NCBI GenBank assembly: GCA_964035545.1
Contig: OZ037767.1
Coordinates: forward strand, 25,622,628 to 25,686,627
Length of the DNA stretch: 64,000 bases
Reading direction: 5' to 3'
Origin: Bugula neritina
Taxonomy: Eukaryota; Animalia; Bryozoa
Position numbers and translations under genes: made by a program. Shown here piece after piece: positions 1-13,199 of the stretch. Position 1 is the first letter of the stretch. Each line of letters opens with the position of its first letter. The notes under the pieces were generated by a model. That model had not been told where the DNA came from. It saw only the letters and a program-made list of their open reading frames with translations, and ran no database searches.

Positions 1-3000
1 CCATCAACAAATCAAAATATTAATTAACATGAATAATGTGCAAGTAATGCCAAAAATCTTGACATTTAACAAATGGACTTTAAGTTTATGTGCAGGCAGG
101 TTTCTGCATCTCTATTGGATCCAATTAAAATACTTGTTTTAGTACCTTTGCAGTCACTCACTCACTGTATCTCCTGACCTACTAAAGAAACATGTCCTAC
201 CAATGACTTGTACTAAAGTTCAAAAACCTGGTAGATGGAAAAAGTTCCAATTTTCTGGCAATGTCTTAAATTCTTCAAGTAGGCTAGACTGCAGCCATGG
301 CAAACATCCAGTAAATTTTCTGTTTGTGTTCTCAAGTGAGTTGGAACAGAATACTGGCAGGTATGACGATTGAAAGCCAAATATTTCTTAGACCTAACCA
401 AGTGGGCATTTCATAAGTTCTAAGTTCTGTCCCTCGATAAATTGAGGTTTTTCAGCTAATTTTTAAAGTTATCTTTGATTGCATAGTTCGAATTGCATTT
501 GAGTAGTTTGTTAGGAAAAATTACTTGAAAGTCTCCAGCTTAGAAAGACTGCGATCCCACTAACAAATGTAATGTACCTAAAAGAAATACTAGACAAAAC
601 AGGAACTATTTTGAATAGTATTTCCCCAAAAGACGGATAAAATTACTTGGTTACACTTGAGAACTTCTTTATAGTTACGAAATCATTTATACCTCCAGTT
701 TAAAGGCAGAATTATTTTCTTGCGGCCATACCTTTCAATTTTTCAGTATATAGTCAGCAGAAATATTTTTTGAACTACAGGACTAACTTAAAGGGTGCTG
801 ATTACCATTCTTCTCATTGGTTTCTGTAAAATTTATCTCCTAGCAAATTACTTTTTCAAAGGACAAATAGCGCTGGTACAGCAAGAAGTGCTGTTACCTA
901 TAGAAAGTGATTTTTACAATGTAGAGATCAATGTTTAAAGCCCGAGTCTCTTAAGACTGGTGGTCAATGTATTATTGCTCAATGAATTAATTAAGATGAT
1001 TCTTTTCTCTAGTAAATATTCAATATAGAACAGTTGGCATGTGAAATTAAGATGTAATACATGCATACATGCGACTGATCATGTAGCTTAGTATTGCCCA
1101 TGTGAGCAATGTTTATTTATGAGATATCGGTCTCTGAATAAGTTAGTTAATATAAAATTTCAAATTTATGGCAAAATGAATGAAAGCAAAAAGAATGAGT
1201 GTAATGTGCATTCCTAGTATTTCATCAACTAATACTGACTGTAAAATTGCATGATCACTAAAATGTTTTTCTGAGTATTGAATTATACAGCTGTTCATAT
1301 TTTTAAAAAATAAATTTTAAAGCCACAGTTTCTATTAAGTCAAGGAGTTTTTAAATTTTACTTGGCGGTTAAATCATTTTAACATGCACAATTTAGCTGT
1401 GTTCAAAGACTAGGCAACAGCTGCTGATATATAGCCCTAACCTGCTTTCTCGTTTGAACACTGAAATTACTATTTCTCAACAAAATCTCATAGATTCTTA
1501 TTTAGAACTCAAACTGCCAAAAAGAATAAATAAAATAAATAACAACTGGTAGACACATCTATTACCAAACAGTGTCAAGTCTGTGTTTTGGTGAAGCAAT
1601 AGTTAACCCTTGCATTATTCAACATGCACCCATGGGCTTTTCATCTACCAGTTCATTGAAATCACAAGTGACACCATAGAAACAGTCAGATGTATCAAGA
1701 AGAAGCAGGATTTAATTATTGGTCAGTTCAAAAATTCTGCTCACGAAACAAAAGATCCGTATTTAAATAAGTCATATAAAACATAAAATATATATTGAAA
1801 CACTGTTTAGAATGCTAGTGGAAAGCGTGCCTGTTATTATTGTGACTATAAATTACATAACTCAAATATACTTTATTATAATTATATTATTAAATAATGG
1901 ATAGGAACAACTTAGCCAGTGTGTAGAGTTCAAAAATTAAAATTTATTGTATAATTTATTAACTAGAGGTTTGAAAACTAGTTTTCAAGTTAACACAGCT
2001 ACTGAGTTGCACATTGTACACATATGGCATGTGTGACTTGTGTCCTTCTAGATGTGTGCGGCAGTTTGTTTGGGCACAAGTTGATAGCAGTTGGCAAACG
2101 ACTCCAGCAAGCTCCTTATTTTGATGTAATACTCTAATTATATAATTAATGATTTAATAATATTAAGACACTAAAACATTGGCAATGTTTTAAAACAGCA
2201 ATGCTACTAGTTTTTGTTATTGCTGCTATACTATTGCGAAAAGACACATTTGTTATAAACAAACCAAACATGTGAAATATCTTTACAAAAATAATGAATC
2301 TGTAGCTTTTTTATGGTTTGTTTATTGTCAACATACAAACTGTTTACTGGAAGATGTCAAGATCTCTACTATGTAGCATCTAGAAATTTAGTATTTGTGT
2401 AGATATATGCCTTTTCTACAACTACTCCTACACGAGTATACAAGAAAAGGCATCATAATCTTGTGAATCAACAAAATTTCATGGCTGTCAGAAAATAAAT
2501 GGAGAATGAGGAAATAAATTTGGTCTAGTTATTTCACAGGGGAAATAAATGTCAAAAATTACCACAAACAGCAGTTAACAGATACTATGTTTACAAGGAT
2601 TGGGGAAGTAATGATTGTGCTCCATAAAAATTGTGTTTTTTAAAGCTCATAAGAAGAAAAGCATTTGAAAATGAATCATAGTTTCTGTATAGCTGAAACA
2701 GGACTTCAAGATAGCAGAAAACATTCAAATAAATAAAAGAAATTATATGTTCTGGGATATAAGCAATACAGGAAGCAACAGATCAACAACCCACCTAATT
2801 TATTACAAAGAACAATAGCTACCTCACTATTGAAAGAAAACTGTCCACATACTCATTAAACACAGTTTTAATAGTTTCAAATTTGCTCGTTCATGATTTG
2901 TATATAATGAATAAGTGAGGTGTTGTGTAACATAAAACACCAGCAGATTCAGCACTAATGATTTCCATATATAGAAAATTATTACTTTACAGCTCAGTAT

Positions 3001-3077
3001 AAATCATTTTCAATATGCAATATTTATTCTAATGGTGACTATGTACATTAGAATACGTTGTGCAATATCTGCAATCA

Positions 3078-3462
3078 TCATGTTCTGTTCTGTAGAACAG
3101 GCTGTGCCATAGTGAAGCCGATAAATCCCACCAGCGGCAGCGCTAAGTGCTAATCATCCGCAGACAGCATATCGATGATAAATTATGAAATACATTACGA
3201 CATTTACTGATTCATTAGGAGTTGCCTCCAATTCTTAAGAGAGTTGGCAATAAGCCGATGGTTATTCAATAACTATAATACGAAATTGGATGTCGAAAGC
3301 TGTATTACATTGATTAAACACCAAACTAAATTATGAAAAAATGAAGAAGCACAAAGACTTGCACACCTTTAATTCCAGGCACCCATTGCTTAAGCGCTGT
3401 CGAAACACAATCATGATAAATCGATATAGAACCTAAGTGGCAGGCTCCACAATCACCGATAG
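3078..3462 (-). CDS. Candidate downstream exons of the MORC-like gene (S5-fold part)
   Basis: 3462-3367 (IGDCGACHLGSISIYHDCVSTALKQWVPGIK) and 3142-3078 (ALPLVGFIGFTMAQPVLQNRT*) weakly recall MORC HYGIMMYHRN and GVVGIIECNFLKP. The preceding exon ends in phase 0 at 5795 but 3462 starts in phase 1, so an unseen bridging exon or a disablement is required. Confidence 0.3.
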
Positions 3463-5794
3463 CTAAGGGGTGTAGTTTGAAAAAGTGATATAATTGTTTG
3501 GTGATATACATTGTGCAATAGTTGGATAATAGCGTCCATTAAACACGAATATTGTATTTATGAATTATACATAAAGATAACGAAAAGCAAATACTTTAGG
3601 TATACGATTCACCTCACTTTAAGAATAGCGAGCAGTTGCAAAATTATTTGATTAAGATTGAGCAATATCAAAAGTTGGCAATTTGTCAACTTGGGGTTTG
3701 TTATATGCTTCTTAAAAGAGATAAAATATTCTCCGAAGTGTAATCACATATCAATTTATAAAGCACATGTAACAAGTAAAGTGCTGTTTTAGTATTATTG
3801 ATTATGTTATAAAGCATAATTTGCTTCTTCCTGTACCAGGATTGTATTTTATTGCAACATGCAATTTCAAGGTGAACTGAATTTCAGATATTACTAGAAA
3901 GAAAAATACTAAGGATTAGCTTAGAGTACAAATTTTAACCAAGTAAAGCTTTATTAGACTTGATACCAGCTGCATCTTATTCACTCATCGTTATTTCGAG
4001 TGTCATAATCTTGCAAATACTAAAACTAACTCATGGTCATGTATTTCAAGACAAAAAGTTTTCTTTTGTAATCATTTTAAATGTTACAACAACTCGTGTA
4101 AATACTACTCTTCTGATTCTGTATAACTACCCGTACACGTAATATCGAACTATGCTTCTAATATTTTATTTACAGGCAATCCATAAGTTACATTTACAAG
4201 TTACAACTACAGTAAGCTGATGATATTATGTAGTTACTGCTACAAATGGGAGAACTAAGGCTATGACCTACTTGGAGTTATGTAGGTCAAACCACATTCT
4301 GTCATATCTTAGCAAACATTTAGAAACTGATAGGCCACTTCAGGTGAATCAGGTTACTATATGATTGATAGATGATATCCGAAACCTTTGGCCAATGCAT
4401 AAGATGTGATAGCTGATGGTGTTAAATGGTTTGTAGCATTGTACACCTATCACAAATGTGCTGTAAACTTCTGTATCTAGATTTGTAATTTGATTGATTT
4501 TGTAGTTCTATACCCAGGATTTGATGTGATCAATTATTTTTTGGCAAAAGCTCAAATTATTTTAAAAAGGAAATGATAGCTGCATATTCTAATGTAAAGC
4601 ACATGTGCAGTTACATTTGTAAAGATTAGGCTCAAGACGATGCCAATTTCATCACATGCGCTAGGAGGCTGTGGCATGTGCCAGATTTAGCTGGATTATG
4701 ATTTATTACATTCAACAAAAGCAAGGACTTTTTAGACATAGAAGAAAGAATAAAAATCTAATGCACGGCTTGGTTCATCTGCTAATCTAAGCAGCCCTGA
4801 ACCATTTTTATTGCAAAGTATTTTGATGGATGAACGATCAAAGTGCAGAAAACTTCATGTTATGATTTGTAAAGATTACTAGTGAGAGAACTGGCAAATG
4901 GTATCTTGCGTAATTTACTAAAAACTGGAACAACCTTCTGATTTGTGATTATTGGAATGGAAAAGTAACATCTTTAATAAATAGATGGTAGCGTTCTAGA
5001 CTCAGAAAGCAATTTCACCTTCTAATGTTTATAAATGGTGTTACAAGTCGCCATATGACATCCTGACAAGCCATTTAGGACATTTTGTCCCACGTAATTA
5101 TTTAGCAATTTCTGATTTTTTGTGAATGGTGTTTACAAGCGCCTTGCCAGGAGAGCTTAGAGGTGCCATGCAATGTATACATTAAATGTTTACTGATGAT
5201 AATTTCCTGTGTGTAGTCTTGTTAATAAAACAGTTATATGTACATAAAACATTTAATGTGATTGCTTGACTTTGTTGTACTTTGAATGTTTTAAAATGTG
5301 TAAAAAATTGCAAAAAAAGTTTTTCCTTGGGTCTTACCCAACAATAACCTTGAGTTGCTCTTAAGGTGAATTTAGTACCTTCCGGTACAGCAGTTTCAAA
5401 ACCATCTTTGAGCTTATGCCAAGTCATTCACAATTTCAGATGTGATACATCTATAACTTTTCCACGTGATACTTTTCCATGCATGATATCAAAACAGGTG
5501 TGGAGCAGACTCTAATAGCTTAACATTAAGCAAGTCTCACACAGAAACCTGTTTCGCAGATTAGAATATAGCAGTTATTTAGTGCTTATGACTGGTCTCC
5601 AATTGATACAGGTTAACAGTAAGCAATCTTAAGCAATGGAGAGCTACAATTCACATAATTTTTAAAAATTTACAAACCTCTAAAAAAAATCATGAAATAT
5701 TTTATTGAACTTTAAACAGAGTAAATTCAATTTATTCAACTCCATAACAAATGCACACATAATTGATAACTGATGAGTATAATAAAATACTAAC

Positions 5795-8700
5795 CTGTTC
5801 TTGGGATGGTAGACTGAGAGTTTCTGATTGACACAGAGCCCGAACCCACAATGTACTAACCAGCTCTTCCTCTTCTACGACTAACTTTATTTTAGGTATT
5901 AGAAAAGCCAAGCTCAGATAAGTCTGCAAATAAATAATGAATTAGAGTTAAAAAAAAGCAAAAAAGCCTATTTCGGCTGTCCCTTTTTAACTCAAAAATT
6001 AATTGTATGAAATGTTAGTTAGCCTTCTAAAAAAAACTTAGTTTCAAGTCATTTAAGCATAAGATTAGTGCCGATGATTGGGAGCCTGGCAACGCTTTTC
6101 TTCTAAGAATTATTTTTTTAGAGTGGTAGCAAGGGAGCAGCCGTGGTCTAGGGGTGAGAATGTTTGGCTTAGTAAACACCAAGTCATGGGTTCGAACCCC
6201 AGTAAAGGCCATTGGTGATGTTAGGAAGAACATTCAGTCATAGTTGCTTTGGTGCCACATAGAGATGAATAAGTCCTTAGCCGGCTTTAACAAAAACCCT
6301 TTTCCATCAGGAGTTTCTCACAGGGATGGCGACTATAAACTTGCGTGAGCAAGTGCATGCATTATTAACTGATGATAGACCCTCAACATCAGGCCCAGTG
6401 AGCCTGAGTTTTAATCATATATTCTAGGTCCTCAATCTCAACCCAATCAAGTAAAACTTCAAAACTTAGGAGGGTTTAACAAAAATTATTAGTGTTTTGA
6501 TATTTGGTGTAGGCATTGCAACAATGAGTATTGGTGTTGCAATAATTGGTATTGACAGCATCTGGTATTGGTGTTGCAGTAATTAAAATTAGTGTTTGAT
6601 AATTGGTATTGCTGTCACAATTGGTATTGTTGTTTGAATTAACAAATAGCAAAAATTGAGTTGAGAAAACCTATTTTCAACACCGGCCGTTATTAGTTTG
6701 TTTCCAATCAACCATTTTGAGTATTTTAAAATTGGCCTAAAACTGCCCATTAAAAACTAGATTATTTTCACTTCATTCACTTTTCAGCTAGATGAAGTTT
6801 TGTAACATATGAGCACAAATACATCTTCATTATTTTCTTGTAGAAATGCCAACTCATTGGTGAAATATTTACCGATTGCTCACTTTTTACCCTTCACGAA
6901 AAATGTTGATTGTGGGTGCTCAGATCGTAGATTATACACATATATTGTTTACAATATTCAACCTCTGCTATGACCGGGTCCTGACTCTTGCTTTTTGGCA
7001 AGCTGTTCCAGACAACTATTAACTTTTTTTTTATAGAAAACAACATCTTTTGAATATTAAGATTTATGCAATACCAACAACAAAAACCATAAAAGAATGC
7101 CAATGTTGAGTTGCCCATCAAACATTTGACAACCAATAGGCAGGTTACCCACTAATTCTTCTCAAACGCTATTCCCAATCCAATCATAGACAACCTTGTG
7201 TTACAAAAAAATTTTGAGCAAGAAAAATGGTTTCAAGTCAAGTGTAACTCACTTGTGTTGATAGGTGTTAATAAATAGATGTGTGTAGAATCATGAACAA
7301 ACATTTGAAAGTTGTCTGGCACTTTATCTGTTACTGGATTGGTGGGTCTGGTACTTGTAAGCAAAATATTACCCATTGTTCCAATGGGAAATCGTGCGAG
7401 ATTATTTCCATGCAATGCCTACTGGCACCACACTGTCATTTACAAGTCATAGTTTTATTACTCAACTCTTTCAAGTGTGATTTTGAAGGTTCTAGCAGTG
7501 TATAAGAGAGCAAACTTATCTTTATAGATCGGTCTGCTAACAAAGTAAACGCATCAAATAATTAATGCAATTAAATAGTTGAACTAGCAAAAAATTCAAG
7601 TATAAGATAATCATGAATTAATCAGAATTGTTGAAGCAAATTATGTGAATAAGCGATTGAGCTCAGCTGTTCAAGAGTCATCTACAGTATGCAAATCTTT
7701 ATAAACTTGAAGATGTACTGAATCTTAAGTAGGAAAATGTCACCTGACAAAGATCAGATTTATAAATAAACTAACATTAGGGTTTTTTAAACCTAGAAAC
7801 ACTAAACGGAATTAAATATTCCGCAGGATAATCGTTTGAGTCATCATTAATTATTCATTAAAACTGACCAAACTTGAAACCTAATAATTTTTTTCTGTGG
7901 AGTTATAATTATATTTATTTGTTATGTAATCACCATATCATCAAAATTATAAAGTAAATCCTGCAACCAGTTTAACCACAGCAATTTTGCTGGAAAATTG
8001 ATTTACCATATTTTACAATAAACATTAATATAAAATATGGCAGTCCTTAGACAGGTATATTTTATTCTTATACCACATCTAGCAAGATTAGTTTGTTGCG
8101 AAATCTAAAGCAAAAGCTAATCTTACATCACACGGCATAAAATGGCAGCAACTACTGCAAATTCAGTTCATACTCGGCCTATTCAGCAGGGATAAATAAG
8201 AGGGGTTCAAAATAATGTGTTATGGCATCACAATTGCTACATTTCTGCAAAGTTCAAAACACAATAAGTTATATTATACTCGTAGATATCTGCCAACTTT
8301 TCACCTCTGTATTGCCTCCATTGCTTTTCAATTAAACTTTTGCCTGCGTATTACTCACTACATACATAAACATTTACCAGCTCCAAGGGCATTTAATTCA
8401 GCGCAGACACGGCACATATCAATGTGTTTCAACATCTTGACATGTTTGAAACAACTCTTTAAATAGTGTTTAATATAGAAATTGCACGATTAGAAATCAT
8501 TGAAATATTGATCTCTTGAAGTAGAAAACAATGTAATTAAAATGGCGAGAGGTGAACACAGCAAAGTTGGGTTATCCAATGAAAATAGAATTCTCAAGCA
8601 TAAAAGAACATTTCAAACCTTTTAAGAGCCAACAAGAAAGGAAAGTTTCAGCAATAACATTGAAACTTCAATTTTACTAGATTCACTGCCAAAATCGAAT

Positions 8701-11700
8701 AATTTTGCAGATGAGGCTTTAGCCAATTTTCTATTAAACGCATTCAAGACTTGTGAGACACACCTAGTTATTCATAATGTGCCAGCTTGTCGCTTCAACC
8801 TAAATCCTCAGGAAACATGTAATTGAAGTGTTAGGTTAAACACAGATAGGTAAAACTAACATCAGTAAACAATGATAATTACCGGCATGGAAATTACAAC
8901 AAAGATTAATTGTAAAATAAATGAGATGAATAATGAATCTATTTATAGAAATTGACTTTTATTGGATGATGGAAAAGATTGATGTCATTTTTATAGTAGG
9001 TTTGTAAACTGTTTAATGTCTAGGGAAATCATTAGAGTTGAACTCTACCAAAGAGCAGTACAGAGACGGAAAAAGATTATTAATTTAGTTGGTGGCTCAC
9101 TAAACCTTGCCTTGAAGATTTCCATGATTTAGAGAGACGAGACAAAATGGCACTCCGTATTACTCAACTATACCTTGACAAATCCTGCTGATCAATCTAC
9201 AAGTGTGGAAGGAAAAGGACCCATAAACAAATCAGCACCAGCCTTAATTTCTACCATAACGGAAATGGTATTACAACCCAACGAGGTTTGCACTGTGTCC
9301 AGCTCTCGGATAGTCCAAAATTGCTACTCGGTGATTAGAGTTTAGCAGAGCATTCAATCACTAAGTTACTAAGTTACCCTTTGAAATACACCAGCTGCCA
9401 ACAGTCAGATAGCTAGAACAGCCCCTTTTCAAAGTTTGAATTACTCGCACAAAAGAAACTTTTAAAAATTTTAAATACACACTATTTGAGATTTTTTGTG
9501 AATAAATATAAGCATATCAATATAAAATTTTGCCACATGAAAAGATAAACTGGTTGTCTGACACTTATCAAAACTTCTGCATACCTTTAGGCTAGCAGTC
9601 ATCACCCCAGATGTTTTCTTCCTCAGCAGAATATCGCCGGGGCTTTGTGGAGAGCAATGCAAGATCGAGTGGTTACCAGCACTAGAAACAGAAAACATGC
9701 CATATCAATCTGGTGTTACAGAACTATACAAAGCTAAGTACAGAACAGAGTTTTCACTTGTATTTAGAATTGTAGTTGAACAAACCCCTTCAGAGAGATG
9801 ATAACACTAGAGGTATTGTCACTCTCCATAGCCTTTAGGTATCGAACCAACTTTTTCTTCTTGCTGAACACATTGGTTTTCTCCAAGATGCTGCTTAAAT
9901 TGTCTTCACCAGACACCACGTTGACTGAGCAGTATTTGGTTAAGAAAGATATGAACACCAAAGCGAAAAGCCATGATAAACAAATGTAGGTACAATCTAA
10001 CTAGGAAATTATTAATTGCTTCAAATAAAAACTAGGGTAGAATATAATTTTTTATAATCAGGAGAATATTATGGGCGGGTTTGACCATTTTTAGCGAATT
10101 CCGTGTATTTATAGGTTATAAATTGAAAGTACTACGTAAGCAACTATTATAATGTAAAATAATTAGGGAAGAGTTTTGAAAACATTCCATTAATGCCGCC
10201 CGTCCCATCCTTGTTAGATGTCTCATCCTTGTTAGACGTAATTGTTTGGTAAATTGATTGTGACAGTTCGTTATCAACTACTAATGGGATGCACCATTCA
10301 TGGCCAAATCAAAACATCTTGCAAGAAATAGTCTCTTTTAACCTCAGATACTTGGAAAATGAATAATTAGGATATGGCTATAAGTGATAAAAAACTACTG
10401 TCTTACACTATTACCAGAGTGAAACTATCTACACCTTGTCTGTGCTCATTGTTATATCATCACCCACAACTGCGAAATAGTTATAACATATAACAATCAG
10501 GATAAAGGGTTGCTTCAAAAACATATTAGGCTTCTGTTAACTCTTTTACATCAGTAATAGAACTGTCTACTAGTACTTCAATTAATTCAAAATACTATAA
10601 ATAAGACCTAACCATATCAATAGCTAGATTTCTAATCCCTCAACGCCCTCAAAAGACACCTAAGTACATACCATAGTACATTTTGCTAGCTATATACAAA
10701 AAGACATCTGTTTAGTGAAATAGGACACAAACTGCCCTGCCAAACATCAAGTTTAGCAAATTGTCTGGCAGACCAGTATACAAGTTGACCAACCAAGTTC
10801 TAAGATCAATCAAATAATATCTTCACAGCAATCTTAAAAAGGACAAATAGATATTTCAGATCGATTAAAATATAAGTAATGGCACATTGCTTGTTAAAGA
10901 AACAATTCTCACAATTAAAAGTTCTTTAACATTATTTACATTACATTACTTGACAGCCGAACATTTCTAGAAGTGTGTGGGAGACTTAGGAATTATTTGA
11001 AATTCCAAATTGCAAGACTTTTATCTTCATTAGTATCTAAGCAGAGAGCAAGAATAAAAGCATTATAGTAGGAATAGATACTTGCGAAAGTGGGGCTGCT
11101 TAAAATTACGTAAATTTTAAAGTCTTCTTAAAATAATTTATTCATCTTTTAATGGTTTATTAATAAGGATAATCTTAAAAATTCAACTAAATGTCGTGTC
11201 TGGAAAGTGAACTGCTCATTAAGAAATCAATTAATCATAGCGAGCAATTCAATAAAGAATACATATTGGAAAACTGCTCACAATATCTAGATCTCAGTGC
11301 GATATTTCAGTGTCGGGATGATTAATATCTTTACTAATTGTTAATTGATCGATCGACTAATTAGCTTCTTTATTGGCGACAGAACGGCTACCACGAACAT
11401 GGGTAGTAAATTAACCCAAACAAGGAGTAATCTGAGCAGATGTGGAGTGTTGATTGAACAAAATATCTTTTCTATTTGAAAATAAACTACACACTTTTAC
11501 TTGCACAATAATTTAAGATTAAATAACATTCACTGAGTTTGGCATGTTTAGTCATCAGTGTTTAACAACCCGTGTCAATCTAGTACAGAGTTTTCACACT
11601 CTTCCATTAGCTTGTGATAATTACCACTTTCTTACATGCATTTTGTAAATATTTGTCTAATGAGCATTGATTAGGTAATATAGTATAATTGCATGATTAA

Positions 11701-12954
11701 ATTAGAGCACTTGAGAAAAGTCTACAAAAGATTAGGTTGAAGTGATTAAGAAAAGAGCAAATCGCTAAAATTGCACAACTATTTTCAACATACGCCATGC
11801 ATCAGATTTACCATCATAACACTGCACATTTTACAGCAATTACTAGTTTGTGAGTCTTGTTCAAAACTCAATCATATTTAGGTGTGTGTAAATCTCTATG
11901 TGATTGTAATCGATAATTTAAACAGAGCAAACTAAATAAATACAAATTAGATTTTCACTATAAACTATTAAACCATGTGAATCTAGTATAAACCTGATGC
12001 ATAAAAAAGAGAGTTTGAAATTCAGGTGCTGCTGATGATTTGGTCGGGACTTAATTCATGGAAACAGTAAAAATAAACTCTACACTCTTCCATAGGGTCA
12101 AAACTAAGAGCAAAAGGATACAGTCAGCATCATAAGCAGTCATAAGAGGTTTGTCATCGTCTTCACTATTAGTGGCAGCACAAACTTTATAGCTGACATC
12201 GATTTCAGACGTTAGCTTAGACAACACCAACACGCTATCCCCCAGCTGTTGCCAACCCCTTGACAGACCACCCTTCTTGCTGTGGACGTCTTCAGAACTA
12301 AAGCTACAGACAAAATACATATAACATTAGAACACTGGCTTTGATAAATAACAAAATAAAAAATGCATGCAGTATTTCAACAGGCCCTTTTATATAGTTT
12401 TATATACTATAACAATATGATAATAAAACTGACCATCTTCATTTTAAGATTTTGAGCATTTTGTAGCTTTTAAATAAATATTGCAAAAGCAATAGTCATC
12501 ATGAAATTAAAAATTTCAATGTATAGAAATACAGTTATCGAAATTGCCCAAAAGGGAAAACTCACTTTATTAGTTTACGGGGATGTTTGATAGCAGCGTC
12601 TGAAACAATGTACAGCAAAGACGACGAAGAGTCATTTTGACATGCAATGTTCACCGTAGTCGCATCATAGTAGTGAGTGAAATCTAAAAAAGGTCAATAA
12701 ATTATATCACTAAAGTTTTACATGTATGTAAAGTGTACTTTTTATGATTAGTAATCAAATCAATCTTGCATAGTATGCGGACAAAAGTCTGATGCACTTT
12801 GCCACGCAAGTGCACACATTTTTTTTATATTTAGCACATTAAAACATTACAGCATATTTTTGTTTTAAAAACTTCAACAATTGCCACAAATCTAACCTAT
12901 AATATCCGCAATAGCTTGAAACTCAGAGGGGAGTTCATAGTCTGTGGCATCCAT
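5795..12954 (-). CDS. Divergent MORC3/4-like GHKL(+S5) protein with degenerate ATPase motifs; six confident coding exons, 3' end uncertain
   Basis: Phase-consistent GT-AG exons 12954-12897, 12683-12566, 12303-12122, 9924-9786, 9681-9585, 5923-5795 give 241 aa: MDATDYELPSEFQAIADII/DFTHYYDATTVNIACQNDSSSSLLYIVSDAAIKHPRKLI/NFSSEDVHSKKGGLSRGWQQLGDSVLVLSK...YDAD/FNVVSGEDNLSSILEKTNVFSKKKKLVRYLKAMESDNTSSVIISLK/GAG...DILLRK...ASLK/TYLSLAFLIPKIKLVVEEEELVSTLWVRALCQSE. Collinear with recalled MORC3 ([75 protein letters not shown]). Confidence 0.72.
6133..6349 (+). mobile_element. tRNA-derived SINE, copy 1 (intronic)
   Basis: A-box-like TGGTCTAGGGG and B box GGTTCGAACCC, then TAGGAAGAACATTCAGTCATA and a tail ending GACTATAAACTTGCGTGAG; aligns end to end with the copy at 36132; possible short TSD AGCAAG. 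Confidence 0.85.
6505..6640. repeat. Degenerate ATTGGT(A/G)TTG low-complexity repeat
   Basis: Repeated attggtgttgca / attggtattg units. Confidence 0.6.
9925..12121 (-). other. U12-type (minor spliceosome) GT-AG intron in the MORC-like gene
   Basis: 5' site GTATCCTTTT starting at 12121; branch-point-like TTTCTTAAC (9947-9939) ending 14 nt before the exon; phase-1 join keeps the frame (GAC T/TC AAC). Confidence 0.8.
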
Positions 12955-13003
12955 ATTGACTGTGAAATCTGAAATTTCAATAACATATTTATAGAGCATA
13001 CAA

Positions 13004-13195
13004 AGAGCAGATGTGGTCTAGTGGTTAGAGCACAGGCCTATAAGCGCTAAGACAAGGATTCGAACCTTTGCAGGTCAGAAAGAGGGTTCAATCAAAATTG
13101 CTCCTGTGCTACAAGCAAAAGCCTGCAAAGCCACATTGCCAGTATGGTGAGGGGCACAGCCCTTGGCTAAATTTAACTTCCTCACGCTTACTATG
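13004..13195 (+). mobile_element. tRNA-derived SINE, related subfamily
   Basis: GAGCAGATGTGGTCTAGTGGTTAGAGCAC head, GATTCGAACC B box, and AATTGCTCCTGTGC shared with the 36132 copy; different 3' tail. Confidence 0.7.
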
Positions 13196-13199
13196 ACTA

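Noticed and set aside
213-401. 62-aa minus ORF as a further MORC exon or CW finger
   Set aside because: No WxQCxxCxKWR pattern or other recognisable similarity; splice context unconvincing.
6133-6210. Functional tRNA genes (also at 13004 and 36132)
   Set aside because: A and B boxes are present but stems do not pair into a cloverleaf, and the heads continue into a shared body with TSDs, i.e. SINEs.
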